DNA of 64,000 bases, from NCBI GenBank assembly GCA_029268645.1, contig JAQWNI010000058.1, forward strand, positions 905 to 64,904, given 5' to 3'. Positions 63,416 to 64,000 of the stretch are shown here, piece after piece. The notes beneath the pieces were generated by a model that did no database searches, was not told the DNA's origin, and saw only the letters and a list, made by a program, of their open reading frames with translations. Origin of the DNA: Myxococcota bacterium (GTDB lineage: Bacteria; Myxococcota_A; UBA9160; UBA4427). Every line of letters begins with the position of its first letter. The first letter of the stretch is position 1. The position numbers and the translations under genes were made by a program.

Positions 63416-64000
63416 TCAGAGCCAGCGTGCAAATGAAGGCGGTGCCGGTGTCCTCTCTTTCATCAATTCGCGCTCCTCCAACTCTTCATGCGTGCCAAAG
63501 GGGCCGCCCGTGTCCCGGGCCACCACTCCGCTCCAGAGAAAGGGAACGCCAATGAAGCAGAGCTGAAAAACGATGCCGACGGCCAACAGATGCGTCCGCA
63601 CTCGGCTCGCAAAGCCGACCCGGACCACAAAGAGTGCCCAGAAAAAGAGAACCAACACCGTCAAGGCAAAGAGGTCCCAATCCAGGGGTCCAAAAAACGG
63701 GCGCAGCGCGCAGGAGTAGGCCAACAGCGGGATCGCAGCGAGCGCCAAAAAAGCGCCCTCCGGACGACGCCCCAGCCAACCGGGTCTCTTGAATCCGCAC
63801 CCCACCAAGATGACCAGCGCCGCAGGGCCCAAGAGGGTCAGGGCGTTGATGAGATATTTGAGATGGGAAAAAGACAAAAAGATGACGTCGGTTCCAATGC
63901 TCGGATAGCTCGACCAGCCCCGCACCCACCAACCCTTAGAAACCTCAGCTTGCGAAAAACCGGCGACCTCAAGACCTCTTTGCCAGGCACGATCCAAATC
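63416..64000 (-). CDS. polytopic membrane protein, partial (N-terminus beyond window end)
   Basis: The ORF stays open to the window edge. It has several hydrophobic helices and no recognised motif. Confidence 0.5.
   Translation of the reverse strand, partial: DLDRAWQRGLEVAGFSQAEVSKGWWVRGWSSYPSIGTDVIFLSFSHLKYLINALTLLGPAALVILVGCGFKRPGWLGRRPEGAFLALAAIPLLAYSCALRPFFGPLDWDLFALTVLVLFFWALFVVRVGFASRVRTHLLAVGIVFQLCFIGVPFLWSGVVARDTGGPFGTHEELEERELMKERTPAPPSFARWL

Noticed and set aside
1-64000. Scan for CRISPR arrays, tRNA/rRNA genes, IS elements, integrases, prophage, toxin-antitoxin pairs or known defence genes
   Set aside because: I saw no spaced direct-repeat arrays, no T-loop-like GGTTCGAATCC contexts in intergenic DNA, and no transposase, recombinase, nuclease or NTPase defence-type ORFs. 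Detection by eye is imperfect, so tRNAscan-SE, Infernal, ISEScan and DefenseFinder should confirm this.

Overview
G+C-rich, densely coding 64-kb chromosomal segment from a diderm bacterium (lipoprotein and Tat signals, a periplasmic PQQ enzyme). The taxon cannot be assigned from sequence alone. I support about 54 protein-coding genes. I found no rRNA, tRNA, CRISPR array, IS element, integrase, phage gene or recognisable defence gene, so this looks like core or accessory metabolism rather than a mobile island. Three themes dominate. (1) Small-molecule catabolism and redox: Mo-bisMGD oxidoreductase, gabT, gabD, CaiB-type CoA-transferase, two APC permeases, P450, 2OG and TauD oxygenases, LLM/F420 oxidoreductase, amidohydrolase, extradiol dioxygenase with FAH and TetR, PQQ dehydrogenase with dihaem cytochrome c, NadE. 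(2) Envelope glycoconjugate genes at unusual density: two tandem GT39/ArnT-like enzymes, at least two more GT-C-like polytopic proteins, two GT2, DUF2304, acyltransferase-3, DUF3473 deacetylase, GNAT, LpxO-like hydroxylase. (3) A few orphan proteins. No known named system stands out. The best candidates for undescribed biology are: (a) two diverged FkbM-methyltransferase-fold paralogues that both carry lipoprotein signals and sit inverted around a CoA-transferase/gabD/permease module; (b) a translationally coupled six-gene envelope operon with an HpaB-family flavoenzyme embedded in it; (c) a 90-nt AT-rich island with twin palindromes overlapping a near-consensus promoter that points at a canonical terminator about 250 nt away with no ORF between them (candidate regulated ncRNA), next to an orphan secreted Cys-rich protein; (d) a P450 / TatT-like TPR protein / GPH transporter / 2OG-oxygenase operon; (e) a periplasmic PQQ-dehydrogenase / dihaem cytochrome c / Tat-exported aldo-keto-reductase-FeS trio. 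gabT carries an apparent 1-nt deletion that splits off its conserved C-terminus. All functional calls rest on motifs I recognise by eye. No database search was run.
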